Source of the DNA: a virus
Lineage: Duplodnaviria; Caudoviricetes
Direction: 5' to 3' (one strand)
Length of the DNA stretch: 55,640 nt
Virus record (IMG/VR): IMGVR_UViG_3300042309_002031
Span: 1-55,640 of that record
Shown here: piece after piece, positions 18,138 to 27,700 of the stretch
Layout: each line of letters opens with the position of its first letter
Numbering within the stretch: the first letter of the stretch is position 1
The notes under the pieces: model-generated
The model's database searches: none
Told to the model about the DNA's origin: nothing
What the model saw: only the letters and a program-made list of their open reading frames with translations
Translations under genes and position numbers: made by a program

Positions 18138-19712
18138 TCATTCGTACATGAAAGCCACTTCTATGGATCCGGGCCGTATTATCTCAAAGAACTTCGTAGA
18201 TACCGAAGATCCCGAATTGTCTGCGTAGTCTGTCGTGAAAACTATCTCGAATCCCTCTGCTTGCTTTACCGAAGACAAACTCTTGATTAGATCGTTATCT
18301 CTCAATCCTTGTCCGAACTCCCAGTTCTGCAGGTTAAAGAAATTATTCACGCTGTTTTCTATGTTTGTTCTTATTTCTTGCTCAAATTTTCTGTTTATTT
18401 TAGAAAGAGTAACCTCTACTGACACATCGGTCTCTATGATTTGGCCGTCTTTTATGCAGATATAGTCCGTTATCATCTTCTTCGACTCTAGCAGATCTGC
18501 AAGGCCTCTCTTAAGGCTGTCGCCTGCCTCTTGCAGACCAGAATTTCCGTTCCTTGCTAAAACGTATATGTCTACAACATTGCCCGCGCAACCGTGGTTT
18601 CTTAGGGCTGCAATGGATTTTCCTATCTGCCCATGGTAAGGAGTAACAAACTGATCGGCAAGTGTCTTGTAATCCAAACCTGTTACTGCCCTATCTTGTG
18701 TGCGCAGATACGCGGGTAACTTTCTTCTTATGTCTTCTATCGTGTCGCCGTCGTATCCGTAGTCGCCCTTCGTATAATTAGAAAACGTAACCGGAACATT
18801 GGAGTTTAATCCGAACACGGTGGCTTGGCTCTGGTACTCCACATAGCCTGTTATTATATTGCCTTTTACCCCGCCTCCGGTTCTCGCCTTTATTTCTATC
18901 TGGGATCCGTTGGGTGGCGAAAGCCCTGCTCGATTGTTGCCAAACATGATGTAGGCTCTGTAAGACGAGTCCAACTCCACTCTGTATTCCCTCCTTGGCT
19001 GAGAGTCGCTGAAGTATTCAACCCTTTCCCAAATTATTCCATCTACCTTCACACTTATGGAATCATATATGACCGAGGTCTTTGTTGTCTGGTACGACTG
19101 GAGCGTCTGACCTGTTCCCGTATAGTTGTCTATAAATGTACGACCTTCTAGTCCGATCAAGGAAGAGTTAGTATATGTGCCCGCTGGTATGACTATAGGA
19201 TCATCAAAAACTGGATTATTATTGGAGTCGGCCGCAAATAATTCTATTGATATGAGGCCATCCTCTGTTCCTACGTCTATGGATATAGGTGTCAATATCT
19301 CAAGATCTTTATCTATCGGATTATTTATTGTCGCCGTCCACATGGAACTTGAGGGGATTGGCGGGGTGGGCTTGAATCCGACGAGCTGGCACAGCCTGAA
19401 AGCATTGTCGGGCTCTGTGACCGTGTCTATAAAAAGCTCGTTCACCATCTGATCCATCTTAAATGACAGCGTATCCGCTATGAACGCCCAATTCTCCACT
19501 AGCATCACGGCTATGGAACTCTCCACGAAGTCGTTGAAGGCATTCGGAATCACGGTTCCGGTTTCTCCGAACCTTTCCCTGATAAACTGAACAAGCCTCG
19601 TCTTCAGCGACCAGAAGTCTTGATTTGTATAATTGAGGCTGATTATCTTGTCATTCTTTATCGGGTTAGATTGAGAGTATGGGGATATTTCAAAAGGACA
19701 GTTTTCGGGCAT
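18138..19712 (-). CDS. Baseplate wedge subunit, gp6/gpJ-like
   Basis: NYTNQDFWSLK..NDFVESS; FGNNRAG..PP; GDTIEDIR..RTQDRAVTGLDY; GGAGG SD before ATG 19712. Confidence 0.9.
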   Translation of the reverse strand: MPENCPFEISPYSQSNPIKNDKIISLNYTNQDFWSLKTRLVQFIRERFGETGTVIPNAFNDFVESSIAVMLVENWAFIADTLSFKMDQMVNELFIDTVTEPDNAFRLCQLVGFKPTPPIPSSSMWTATINNPIDKDLEILTPISIDVGTEDGLISIELFAADSNNNPVFDDPIVIPAGTYTNSSLIGLEGRTFIDNYTGTGQTLQSYQTTKTSVIYDSISVKVDGIIWERVEYFSDSQPRREYRVELDSSYRAYIMFGNNRAGLSPPNGSQIEIKARTGGGVKGNIITGYVEYQSQATVFGLNSNVPVTFSNYTKGDYGYDGDTIEDIRRKLPAYLRTQDRAVTGLDYKTLADQFVTPYHGQIGKSIAALRNHGCAGNVVDIYVLARNGNSGLQEAGDSLKRGLADLLESKKMITDYICIKDGQIIETDVSVEVTLSKINRKFEQEIRTNIENSVNNFFNLQNWEFGQGLRDNDLIKSLSSVKQAEGFEIVFTTDYADNSGSSVSTKFFEIIRPGSIEVAFMYE

Positions 19713-19713
19713 C

Positions 19714-20139
19714 TCATTGACCTCCAAGAGGTATTTCTAGTTTTAGTTCTTGAACATTGCGTATGTTATTAAAGTCGGTGAACAAAATTCTTATCAATAG
19801 TATGTGGCCCAAGTCTTCCTTTTTGTCCGAGGCGTCAAGTGAAGATCTCACGTCAGCGTCTGAATTCGTGACGTCTATCTGTGTGACGGCTATCCTTGGC
19901 TCCCAAGTTTTTATTGAATCCGCTATGACTTGCTTTAGATTATCAACCACTATTGAATCGTTCGGCTCAAAAAAGAACCGCTTGAGCGGGGTCCCGAACT
20001 CAGGAAGCATGACCCGTTCCCCGGGCTCCGTAAGGAGCAAGACGAGAAGGTCTGATTTTACTTGGTTCATGCCGCTTTGAGTTCTGAACAGACCTAGAGG
20101 ATGTTTGGTTATTGGATAAGGAAGGCCTAGAAATGACAT
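19714..20139 (-). CDS. Baseplate gp25/gpW-like protein
   Basis: LLLTEPGERVMLPEFGTPL...WEPRI. Confidence 0.92.
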   Translation of the reverse strand: MSFLGLPYPITKHPLGLFRTQSGMNQVKSDLLVLLLTEPGERVMLPEFGTPLKRFFFEPNDSIVVDNLKQVIADSIKTWEPRIAVTQIDVTNSDADVRSSLDASDKKEDLGHILLIRILFTDFNNIRNVQELKLEIPLGGQ

Positions 20140-20141
20140 TT

Positions 20142-22268
20142 TTAATTACCTATGTAGGGGGGAGGGCAGTTTACGCCTATGCTCTTGTCCATCATCATCA
20201 GTATACTTATGGGCTGAGCCTCTAATGATGCCGAGGCGAAAACCCTGTCGCTAGCCACAAGCTTGGATCGCTTGGTCTCCGGATCGGTGAGCAAGACCGC
20301 CACCCGACCGATGCAAGGCACACACTCCATGCTTTCCGATTCTGGCGGCGGCGGACAGTCCTTACCCGCCATCAGCAATATAAACTTGTCTGCCAAGAAC
20401 GCGTGGATCTCGGCTATATTGAAGTAAAAATTACATGACAAGTGAACCGAGTGTCTAGAGGCTAATGTTATCCAATTTTTTGGACCTAGACAGCCTCCCT
20501 TGCAAAAATCGTCTTTGGGCGTAGTTTCTCCCACCCCCACGACGGTCACATGGTCTCCTTCCGTCATGCACATGTAGTCGCCGCCAGCCCTGATAAATAT
20601 ATAACCGCAGTAGTCGCTCTCTTGCATTCTTATGAAGTGAGGCCCGCAGCAAGCATCATACTGAGGAGCCATAATCTGGATATACTGGGTCTGGGTGTCC
20701 TTCTGGTGGTTGTCGTCGGCCATCATTATCTCCAACCCGTATCCCGTCCTTATCCTGACGAATGCGTCTGTGGCCTTGTTGGTGGGCATTCCGCCCTCTC
20801 TCCTCTTCGGCCCGCACTGGTCGTTGTTCTCATCGATCATCTGGATGATATGATTAGAGGTACTGTGAAGTTCAATGCCCCTTCTCGGCCCCGCACGGCA
20901 GTTTTCACCTTGCGTGTCGTCATTCATCTCTATTCTGTTGCCGGTGGCTGTGAGCAGCCGTATGAAGTTTTCGTCACCTCTTGTTTCGGGCAATCCGTCG
21001 GGCTCCACGTCGCTGATCATTATCTGGTGACCATGGGCGGACTTCCAAGTTGTCTTGCCCTTGAAAACCTTGTCGCACCCGTAGTCGAACATCTGGATCC
21101 CACGCTCCCAGTTATTTTTGCCCTTGGGTTCGTTTACCGAGTCGTCCATCCAGAACGTGTGTCCGCTCAACGAGGTCATTTGTATTCCGGACTGCGGGAG
21201 CGTAGTCTTATCGACTTTGTTATTCTGCGGATTGCCAGGCCCAGTATAGGGGCGACACTCACTTCTATGTTTAAAATAAGGATTTGCACATTGTCCCTCG
21301 GAACTCCCACCACCTCCGCCCCCGCCGCCTCCGCCGCCACCTCCTATCATCATCACATTTGGAGATACCGGAGTGTTGTCACCTTGTACGTCCGGGGGGC
21401 ACTGATCGGGTTTCTCTATCGGTTCGTCGCCCTCATTACACTTGCTGAAGTCCCCTGATCCGCATCCACACTTTGGATTGGCCCATTGTGCGGCCGGATG
21501 TACTCTGTCGTCCTTAAGTATCAGATGGTTGCCTTGAGCCGACTTAATCTCAAGCCGCTGCCAGCGAAAATTACACTTGTAATTTCCGTCCACCATTTTG
21601 ATCATGTGCTTCTGGGGGGTCTTCCATCCGTATATGTTCGGATATGTTATCTTGTTTCTTGCTTCCGGATCGTTTTCGAAGTCAGATATCGCATCAATGT
21701 CTATCCCGTTGTAATTTTCTGTGTTCCAAGGAGGAAAGACTTGCGTCTCGTCATCACCTAGAAGATATCCGCCTCTGTGCCCCCGGTGTATTTTCTCGTA
21801 TTCCGGCACGGGGAAATTCCACCCGGGAGTTCTGTCCCTGTCCCATGTTGTTCCGAGATAATAGGGCCACTGTCTGTTTCCGGCCTCAAATATCAAACAT
21901 AATTTTGACCCAGCCGGGGGAACCCAAGTACATCCCGAGTCGTCAAATCCACCTTGGTTTGATATGGGGTAGGCCCAAGGAAGAGATTTGACAGCGGACT
22001 CCATCATGTGCTGTAGCGGGCTAAAATATCGAACTCTTCCCATCTTCCAAGGATCTATTGTGCTTATGCATATGGCCGTGTGCATACCGTAAATGGCTTC
22101 TTGTTGAGCGGGGACAACCATGCTTTCCTTAATGACCGTGGAAACCAAGGCTTTTACGCCGTATCCCATATCTGAAAATCTGCTTTCAACTTGAGCAAGT
22201 CTCTGCTCAATCATTTGAATGTTCTCAGGAATGGAACTATAATTTGATCTTGTTTTGTTGTCTGCCAT
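20142..22268 (-). CDS. Baseplate central spike, gp5/gpV/VgrG-like
   Basis: OB-fold DPWKMGRVR..LPWA..VPPAGS..FEAGN..PYYLG followed by T.SGH...DD beta-helix repeats. Confidence 0.85.
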   Translation of the reverse strand: MADNKTRSNYSSIPENIQMIEQRLAQVESRFSDMGYGVKALVSTVIKESMVVPAQQEAIYGMHTAICISTIDPWKMGRVRYFSPLQHMMESAVKSLPWAYPISNQGGFDDSGCTWVPPAGSKLCLIFEAGNRQWPYYLGTTWDRDRTPGWNFPVPEYEKIHRGHRGGYLLGDDETQVFPPWNTENYNGIDIDAISDFENDPEARNKITYPNIYGWKTPQKHMIKMVDGNYKCNFRWQRLEIKSAQGNHLILKDDRVHPAAQWANPKCGCGSGDFSKCNEGDEPIEKPDQCPPDVQGDNTPVSPNVMMIGGGGGGGGGGGGGSSEGQCANPYFKHRSECRPYTGPGNPQNNKVDKTTLPQSGIQMTSLSGHTFWMDDSVNEPKGKNNWERGIQMFDYGCDKVFKGKTTWKSAHGHQIMISDVEPDGLPETRGDENFIRLLTATGNRIEMNDDTQGENCRAGPRRGIELHSTSNHIIQMIDENNDQCGPKRREGGMPTNKATDAFVRIRTGYGLEIMMADDNHQKDTQTQYIQIMAPQYDACCGPHFIRMQESDYCGYIFIRAGGDYMCMTEGDHVTVVGVGETTPKDDFCKGGCLGPKNWITLASRHSVHLSCNFYFNIAEIHAFLADKFILLMAGKDCPPPPESESMECVPCIGRVAVLLTDPETKRSKLVASDRVFASASLEAQPISILMMMDKSIGVNCPPPYIGN

Positions 22269-22277
22269 TTTTTATTT

Positions 22278-23822
22278 CTAGGTATTTTGGACCACTGGTC
22301 CGCCACTTCCTGCTCCTCCTAGCGGTTCGTAACGGTAAATATCCACTCCTGTAACTTGAAGTGCCATTTTTAATGTAGTAGTATACGATCCCGATTGAAT
22401 TGAGTGATTTATTCCCGTCACTCTCCATTTTTTATTACTCATTATGGGATTGCATCCCGGCTCGGCGAGCCAATTTCCACAGCGTCCGTCTCCTCCCAAA
22501 TGAAAAGGATTTATTGCCACTATTGAGGCGGTTCTGCCACCTGGAATCCCACAAAACGCAGGCCTTGGATCTCCCAATATTTTTAGATCCGCTTCCATCT
22601 CAGTTTTAGACCCGACAACCCTACCCGCAAGAAGATGTGCTCTCTGCGACTTTAGCAACTCTGTCCACGCATTTTTAGGGCCGTACGACTCCCATGCTTG
22701 CTGGGTTATTGTGGCTTGTTGTTGCAAGCCCACCGTATCTCCTCCCCGCTCTCCGCAATCAGCGTCTTTTCCCTTGATTTTTGCTTCTCTTTGACTGTGG
22801 TTTGATGTATTACCAGGGCCGGAAGTTCCTCCTCCTGCGCTGAAATTTTGAGTTGCGCCCACCCAATCAAATGTCGGACTAAACTCTATTACCGAACTGC
22901 ATTTTCCTCCATTTACTATGAATGTCCCAATGTTTCCGTCAACTTGAGAAGCCCCCCAAAATAAACCCCGGCTTACCGATTCCGTACACTCGGATTCTTC
23001 GCCTTTAAGCACATCTTGAAAGAGGACCATCGTATTGGATTCGTAAGGAAACCAAGCTATCGCTAGTCCAGCCCCATCCGCAGTTCCATCATTTATTCTG
23101 TACGGCTGTATCCATTTCGTGATGACCGCCATTCTATTTGAATTGTCACATTGCCACGCTGCAAGCGGTCCACCCTTGCCATAACCCTTCCAGTCAAATT
23201 CAGTGTCAACAAATCTTCCATCGGGCTGCTTCTTCATGAACCTTACGTTGACTTGTGGATCTCTAGAACAAATGGTTCTTATTGCTGTTTCTATGTTTAC
23301 TTTATTGTCCTCTGTTCCTATTGGCTCCCTTTCTCTCATCCCTTCAAGTAATACGTCTACAGATTCTCCATATATTTTGTACTTTACTTTTCCTTCGGCA
23401 TAATTAACTTCGAGTTTTTGTATTGTAGATTTGAAAATTAATGACGGTATGACTTGCTTTTGATTTTGGCAAGTGGTCATTATCCAGCCGAATTGAAATT
23501 TTAGTTCCGTCCCATCTGAAATGCCTCGAGCCGGGCATTTCACTAATGCATCCAAGAGCGCACCCATTCGCCCACCCGCCTCGTCCATTATTTCTAATTG
23601 AACTGTGGGTTTGCTTATCCAGCCCACCTCGAAAGACTTTATGCACGCCTCGTTTTTTGTGGGGTAAGACTCATTGCCTACCGTTATTGCATCTCCTTCT
23701 CCGATCTTTACCCACACCCATGGAGCGAAGCTCTCCGCTTGCTGTCCGGCTGGTCCGGGCAAATGAAGTTCTCCACAAGCATAATCAGCAGCGCATCCGG
23801 CAAGACAGTCTTCACTAGGCAT
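22278..23822 (-). CDS. Baseplate hub, gp27/gpD-like
   Basis: FQFGW near N-terminus; ADLKILGDP..WRVTGINHSIQSGSYTTTLK at C-terminus; synteny between gp53-like and spike genes. Confidence 0.7.
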   Translation of the reverse strand: MPSEDCLAGCAADYACGELHLPGPAGQQAESFAPWVWVKIGEGDAITVGNESYPTKNEACIKSFEVGWISKPTVQLEIMDEAGGRMGALLDALVKCPARGISDGTELKFQFGWIMTTCQNQKQVIPSLIFKSTIQKLEVNYAEGKVKYKIYGESVDVLLEGMREREPIGTEDNKVNIETAIRTICSRDPQVNVRFMKKQPDGRFVDTEFDWKGYGKGGPLAAWQCDNSNRMAVITKWIQPYRINDGTADGAGLAIAWFPYESNTMVLFQDVLKGEESECTESVSRGLFWGASQVDGNIGTFIVNGGKCSSVIEFSPTFDWVGATQNFSAGGGTSGPGNTSNHSQREAKIKGKDADCGERGGDTVGLQQQATITQQAWESYGPKNAWTELLKSQRAHLLAGRVVGSKTEMEADLKILGDPRPAFCGIPGGRTASIVAINPFHLGGDGRCGNWLAEPGCNPIMSNKKWRVTGINHSIQSGSYTTTLKMALQVTGVDIYRYEPLGGAGSGGPVVQNT

Positions 23823-24141
23823 ATATGTTTTCCGGTAGGACTATTGTCCTTCCCGCCTTAAAATCGAATACGTCCTTGATGCCGTTCGCTTCAAGTATCT
23901 TCCACCAAAAATCCGGCAATCCATATTTTTCTTTCGACACAAGATCTGGTCTAAACTCCATTCCTGGAGGAATTACAGCCACCTTATCCCTACTTGATTC
24001 GACGAATTTTCTTTTTTTGTACGTTTCGAATGTTATTATTTTTTCATCCGAGTAATAAATTACCTTACTTTCGGAATATCTGCTCACCCGAGTTACGAAA
24101 TTAGTAGGTCTTAAATTTGTAAATTCTATGTTATTTGCCAT
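23815..24141 (-). CDS. Baseplate gp53/gpX-like LysM-type protein
   Basis: RPDLVSKEKYGLPDFWWKILEANGIKDVFDFKAGRTIVLP. Confidence 0.85.
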   Translation of the reverse strand: MANNIEFTNLRPTNFVTRVSRYSESKVIYYSDEKIITFETYKKRKFVESSRDKVAVIPPGMEFRPDLVSKEKYGLPDFWWKILEANGIKDVFDFKAGRTIVLPENIYA

Positions 24142-24151
24142 ATAATACCCA

Positions 24152-24733
24152 TTACCTTCCTAAAGAAAATATTCTGTCTTGTCCTGGAAGATCAGCGCTT
24201 TTATACACGACATCCCAACTGGTTTCTATGTCAAACTTAAAAGGAACGAAGGTCGCCTCGTCCCACGCCACTTCCGTTGGGAACTTAACAGAGTAATTCT
24301 TCAATATTACGCATAACTCAGACCCAGCAGAAAGAAGTCTGCCGCATTTCATTCTGCACACTGGGGGAGGTACGAAAGGGGCTCCATTTTCCCCAATTTG
24401 CGGATAAGTAGCACTTTGTATAGCTCTTAACGCCACCAAATTGTACTCTATATCGTTAGGCTCAGAGACAACCATGTGTATTTGCATTGTGATGGACCTG
24501 TTGTCCGACTGAGCATAGGTTTTCAAGGGGGATGATCGGCCTATCACGGTCTCGTCATTATACGAAGCGGATTTTGTGTCGGTTATGTCAGGCAAAACTT
24601 TAAGAATCAACTTGAACTCATCATTTTGAATGTATTTTTTATCTCTAGACCAAACCAAGTTATTGCATGGTATTATTACATAGCAATTTTGAATTGGTAC
24701 AAGAGGTCCGCCTGTTATTGTTGCTGCTGGCAT
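24152..24733 (-). CDS. Tail tube initiator / gpU-like (CIS tube-like) protein
   Basis: DTKSASYN..IGRSSP..Y....RSI..YP...PPP.C.. pattern; immediately after the tape measure gene. Confidence 0.7.
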   Translation of the reverse strand: MPAATITGGPLVPIQNCYVIIPCNNLVWSRDKKYIQNDEFKLILKVLPDITDTKSASYNDETVIGRSSPLKTYAQSDNRSITMQIHMVVSEPNDIEYNLVALRAIQSATYPQIGENGAPFVPPPVCRMKCGRLLSAGSELCVILKNYSVKFPTEVAWDEATFVPFKFDIETSWDVVYKSADLPGQDRIFSLGR

Positions 24734-24745
24734 TATTTTACCTTT

Positions 24746-27700
24746 TTACTTACCTGGATTTACAAGACTTCTGTTTTCACTATCTCCCACTCTTCCATAT
24801 CTACTGTTTCCAAAAAGAGCCGCGTGCACCGGTGTCTTTGGATCCCTTGTGCTTCCCGGACCCGAACCGCCGCCGCCTTCTAATACCGATCCCTTCGGCC
24901 TCATCAGATCGACTAACTTATCAATAGACTCTCTTACACGAATGAGTTCATCGACTTGCTGGTTCGAGGCTTCTTCTATCCTTGACAGTTCGTCACTCTG
25001 TAACTTGTTAGTTCCGGCTTGGGCGCTCGTTTTGTCCCTGAGTATGGATTCAGTTATGTCGCGCAGATGCATGGGCTGGACGGCACCCACATCTGACTCT
25101 CCCTCGGGTCTGAGCATCGGCACCGCATGATGACCCACGGGCGTCGTTAGTGCGGCAGCCTTTCCCTCCAATCCGACTTGCGTCTTTTTCAAGAAATCCT
25201 CAAGTCCCGATGCAGAGGAGGCGGAAGGTATTAGATCTCCGCCGCCCGCATTGAGTATGTCCGCCTCCAGATTGCTCATCGCCTTTATAAATTCTGGATT
25301 TCTCTCCACGGACTTGATGGGCTCCCAAGCGGAAGCGTCCGTAGGTGTAGGAAGAACCGGAGATATCGCTGCATTACTTTGAGCAATGAGATCATTTGTT
25401 TTTAACGCTTCTTCTTTGTTCTGCTCTATCAGTTTTGATCCAAAAGCTATATGTTTCGCAGGGTCGGCCAACTTTTTCAAGTTATTCAAATCAGAGAGTA
25501 CTCCCTCGAGAACTTTCTCTGTATGCGTGTCATGAACGTATATGGATCCTGGGTTCTGCCCCATTTCCATGGTTTTTTCCATGGCTTTGCCTTGCTCAAC
25601 TTGTTGCTCCCCGTAGCCGAACATGGACTTTAGCCCGCTCCAAGCTGAACTCAATCCTTGTTGGACGGCTCCTCCGACTATCTTTGCATTCTCCACCGCC
25701 GCCATTCCCGTTTCTTGTATGGCCATTCCCGCCTTAGATCCGGCCTCCCACACATTCCCTTGCATTAAGTTCGCCCCGGCTCCGTAGAGGCTCCCTGCGG
25801 CGTGTGCACTGCTTGGGCCCTTTTCTCCCATCGTCTTCGCTTGTTCGGCGGCCGTTTCTTTGAAGCCCGAGGCGGCCTCTTCTACCGCCCCGAGCCCTGG
25901 GATCCAGCTCTTCATCCAGTTCCATATCCCTCCCAACGAAGATTTCATTCCGTCGTACAAACCTCCTAGCCATGCTCCCCAAGCAGACGGATCAAGCATC
26001 TTGCCCATGTAGTCGCTCAAGTCCTTTGACTTCTGAAGAGCCCAATCGACCGCACCTCCGGCCGCCTCGTATGCTCCGTACGCCTTCTCTCCTATCCATG
26101 AACCAACGGTATTAAATCCGTCCTTGACCTTGCCTCCAACCCACATCGGGAAGTCAACGAAAGTGGATTTTAATCCGCTTCCTACGGTTTCAAGTGCTCC
26201 TCCAAAATTGTCATAAATACTATCCGCTAACCATCCTCCCCCTAAACTCCCCGCAATGCCTCCTACGAAACCTCCCACAGCAGGCCCTATCGCAAGACTA
26301 AGCCCCGCTGTGAAAGGAGCCAAAGCCGCTCCTACTACAGCCCCAGTACTCGCACCCGCTGCCGCACCAGCAAGACCACCAGCGAGACCACCGGCAGCCC
26401 CAGTCGCCGCTTTGCCGACACTTTCTCCTCCTATCAAATACCTAACTCCAAAGTCAATTGCGGGTCCTATTACTGGAAGTTTCTTTGCGGCCACGCCCAC
26501 AAATTTCGATGCCTTTCCCAAGAATCCAAGGGCCTTGGGCGCTGCCTTTGCTATGTCGTCGGCACTGGAAAGAACGACCTTCGCAGCGTCGTCAGCGGAT
26601 GATGCCGCAGCCTTTGATGTAGCCCTCGCGGCCTTGCCCATGCCGCCTCCCATCTTTGCGAATGGATTGGCCGCCTTTGCAGCGTCGTCCGTTTGTCCAA
26701 ACATCCTTCTTAGCCATCCGCCCCTTTGAGCAGCCTTTCCGGCGGCTTTCGCAGCATCGTCCGCCGCAGATGTCGCCGGTTTTGCCCCGGCCGCAGCAAC
26801 CTTCCCAGCAGTCTTTGCTGTGTCTTTTAGCATTCCAATTCTTCGCATGAAGTTGGTAATTGGTGTAAATAGGTAGTCGCTAAACTTTTGGCTAATCGTT
26901 TGAATCGCATTAGATATTGGTTTAACAAGCCAATCGTCTGCAAGTTGTGCGATTTTGGATCCAAGAGCCCGAAGTGGAGTTACAATATAATCGTCGGCCC
27001 ACTTCAATACTTTTCCGCCAAGAGACTTAAGAGGCTGCCACATGTAATCATCTATCCACTTTCCAAACCCCTTAAACCAGCCGAGTATCTTGCTGAACCA
27101 ACCAAAAGATATATAGTCCAGCAATCCCTTCCAAGAACGCGTGGCTATCATGACATAGTCATAAAGATTTTTCTTGAACATAGAGAAGAAGTCATCCGCA
27201 TATGGCGAGAGTTTCTGCCATATCTTTCCGGCTCCCTTGATGAACCTTCCGAGCATCTTTATCGGCGACTTGACGAAAGCATTGAACAAGCCCTTCGCCA
27301 TCCTTAGGGGCAGTTTCAAGAAAAATCCCAAAATCCTAAATGGAAGCATTGCAAAAAACTTGATTAAATTAAATGCAAAAGAGCCAATTGTGCTTAGAAC
27401 TTTGAGAGCCATCTTTGCAAAAAAAGCACCTATTGCTAAACACAAATCCGGAATAACGCTGTTCCAAACCAAATAACTACCCAACCAATCAAACCAATCT
27501 GCAACTTCTGTCACTATTGAAGAAACTGTATTGTAGATAAATTTAAATGACCCTACGACCAAACTTACAAAGCCAGATATTAATGAACTTATTCCCGTAA
27601 CTTTTCCTATCTGCCATAATGCTTGTCCAATCTTGCCTATCGCCCAAATGAAATTCTCTATCATCTTCACCACTACAATCAAACCAAAAACCAGACCATT

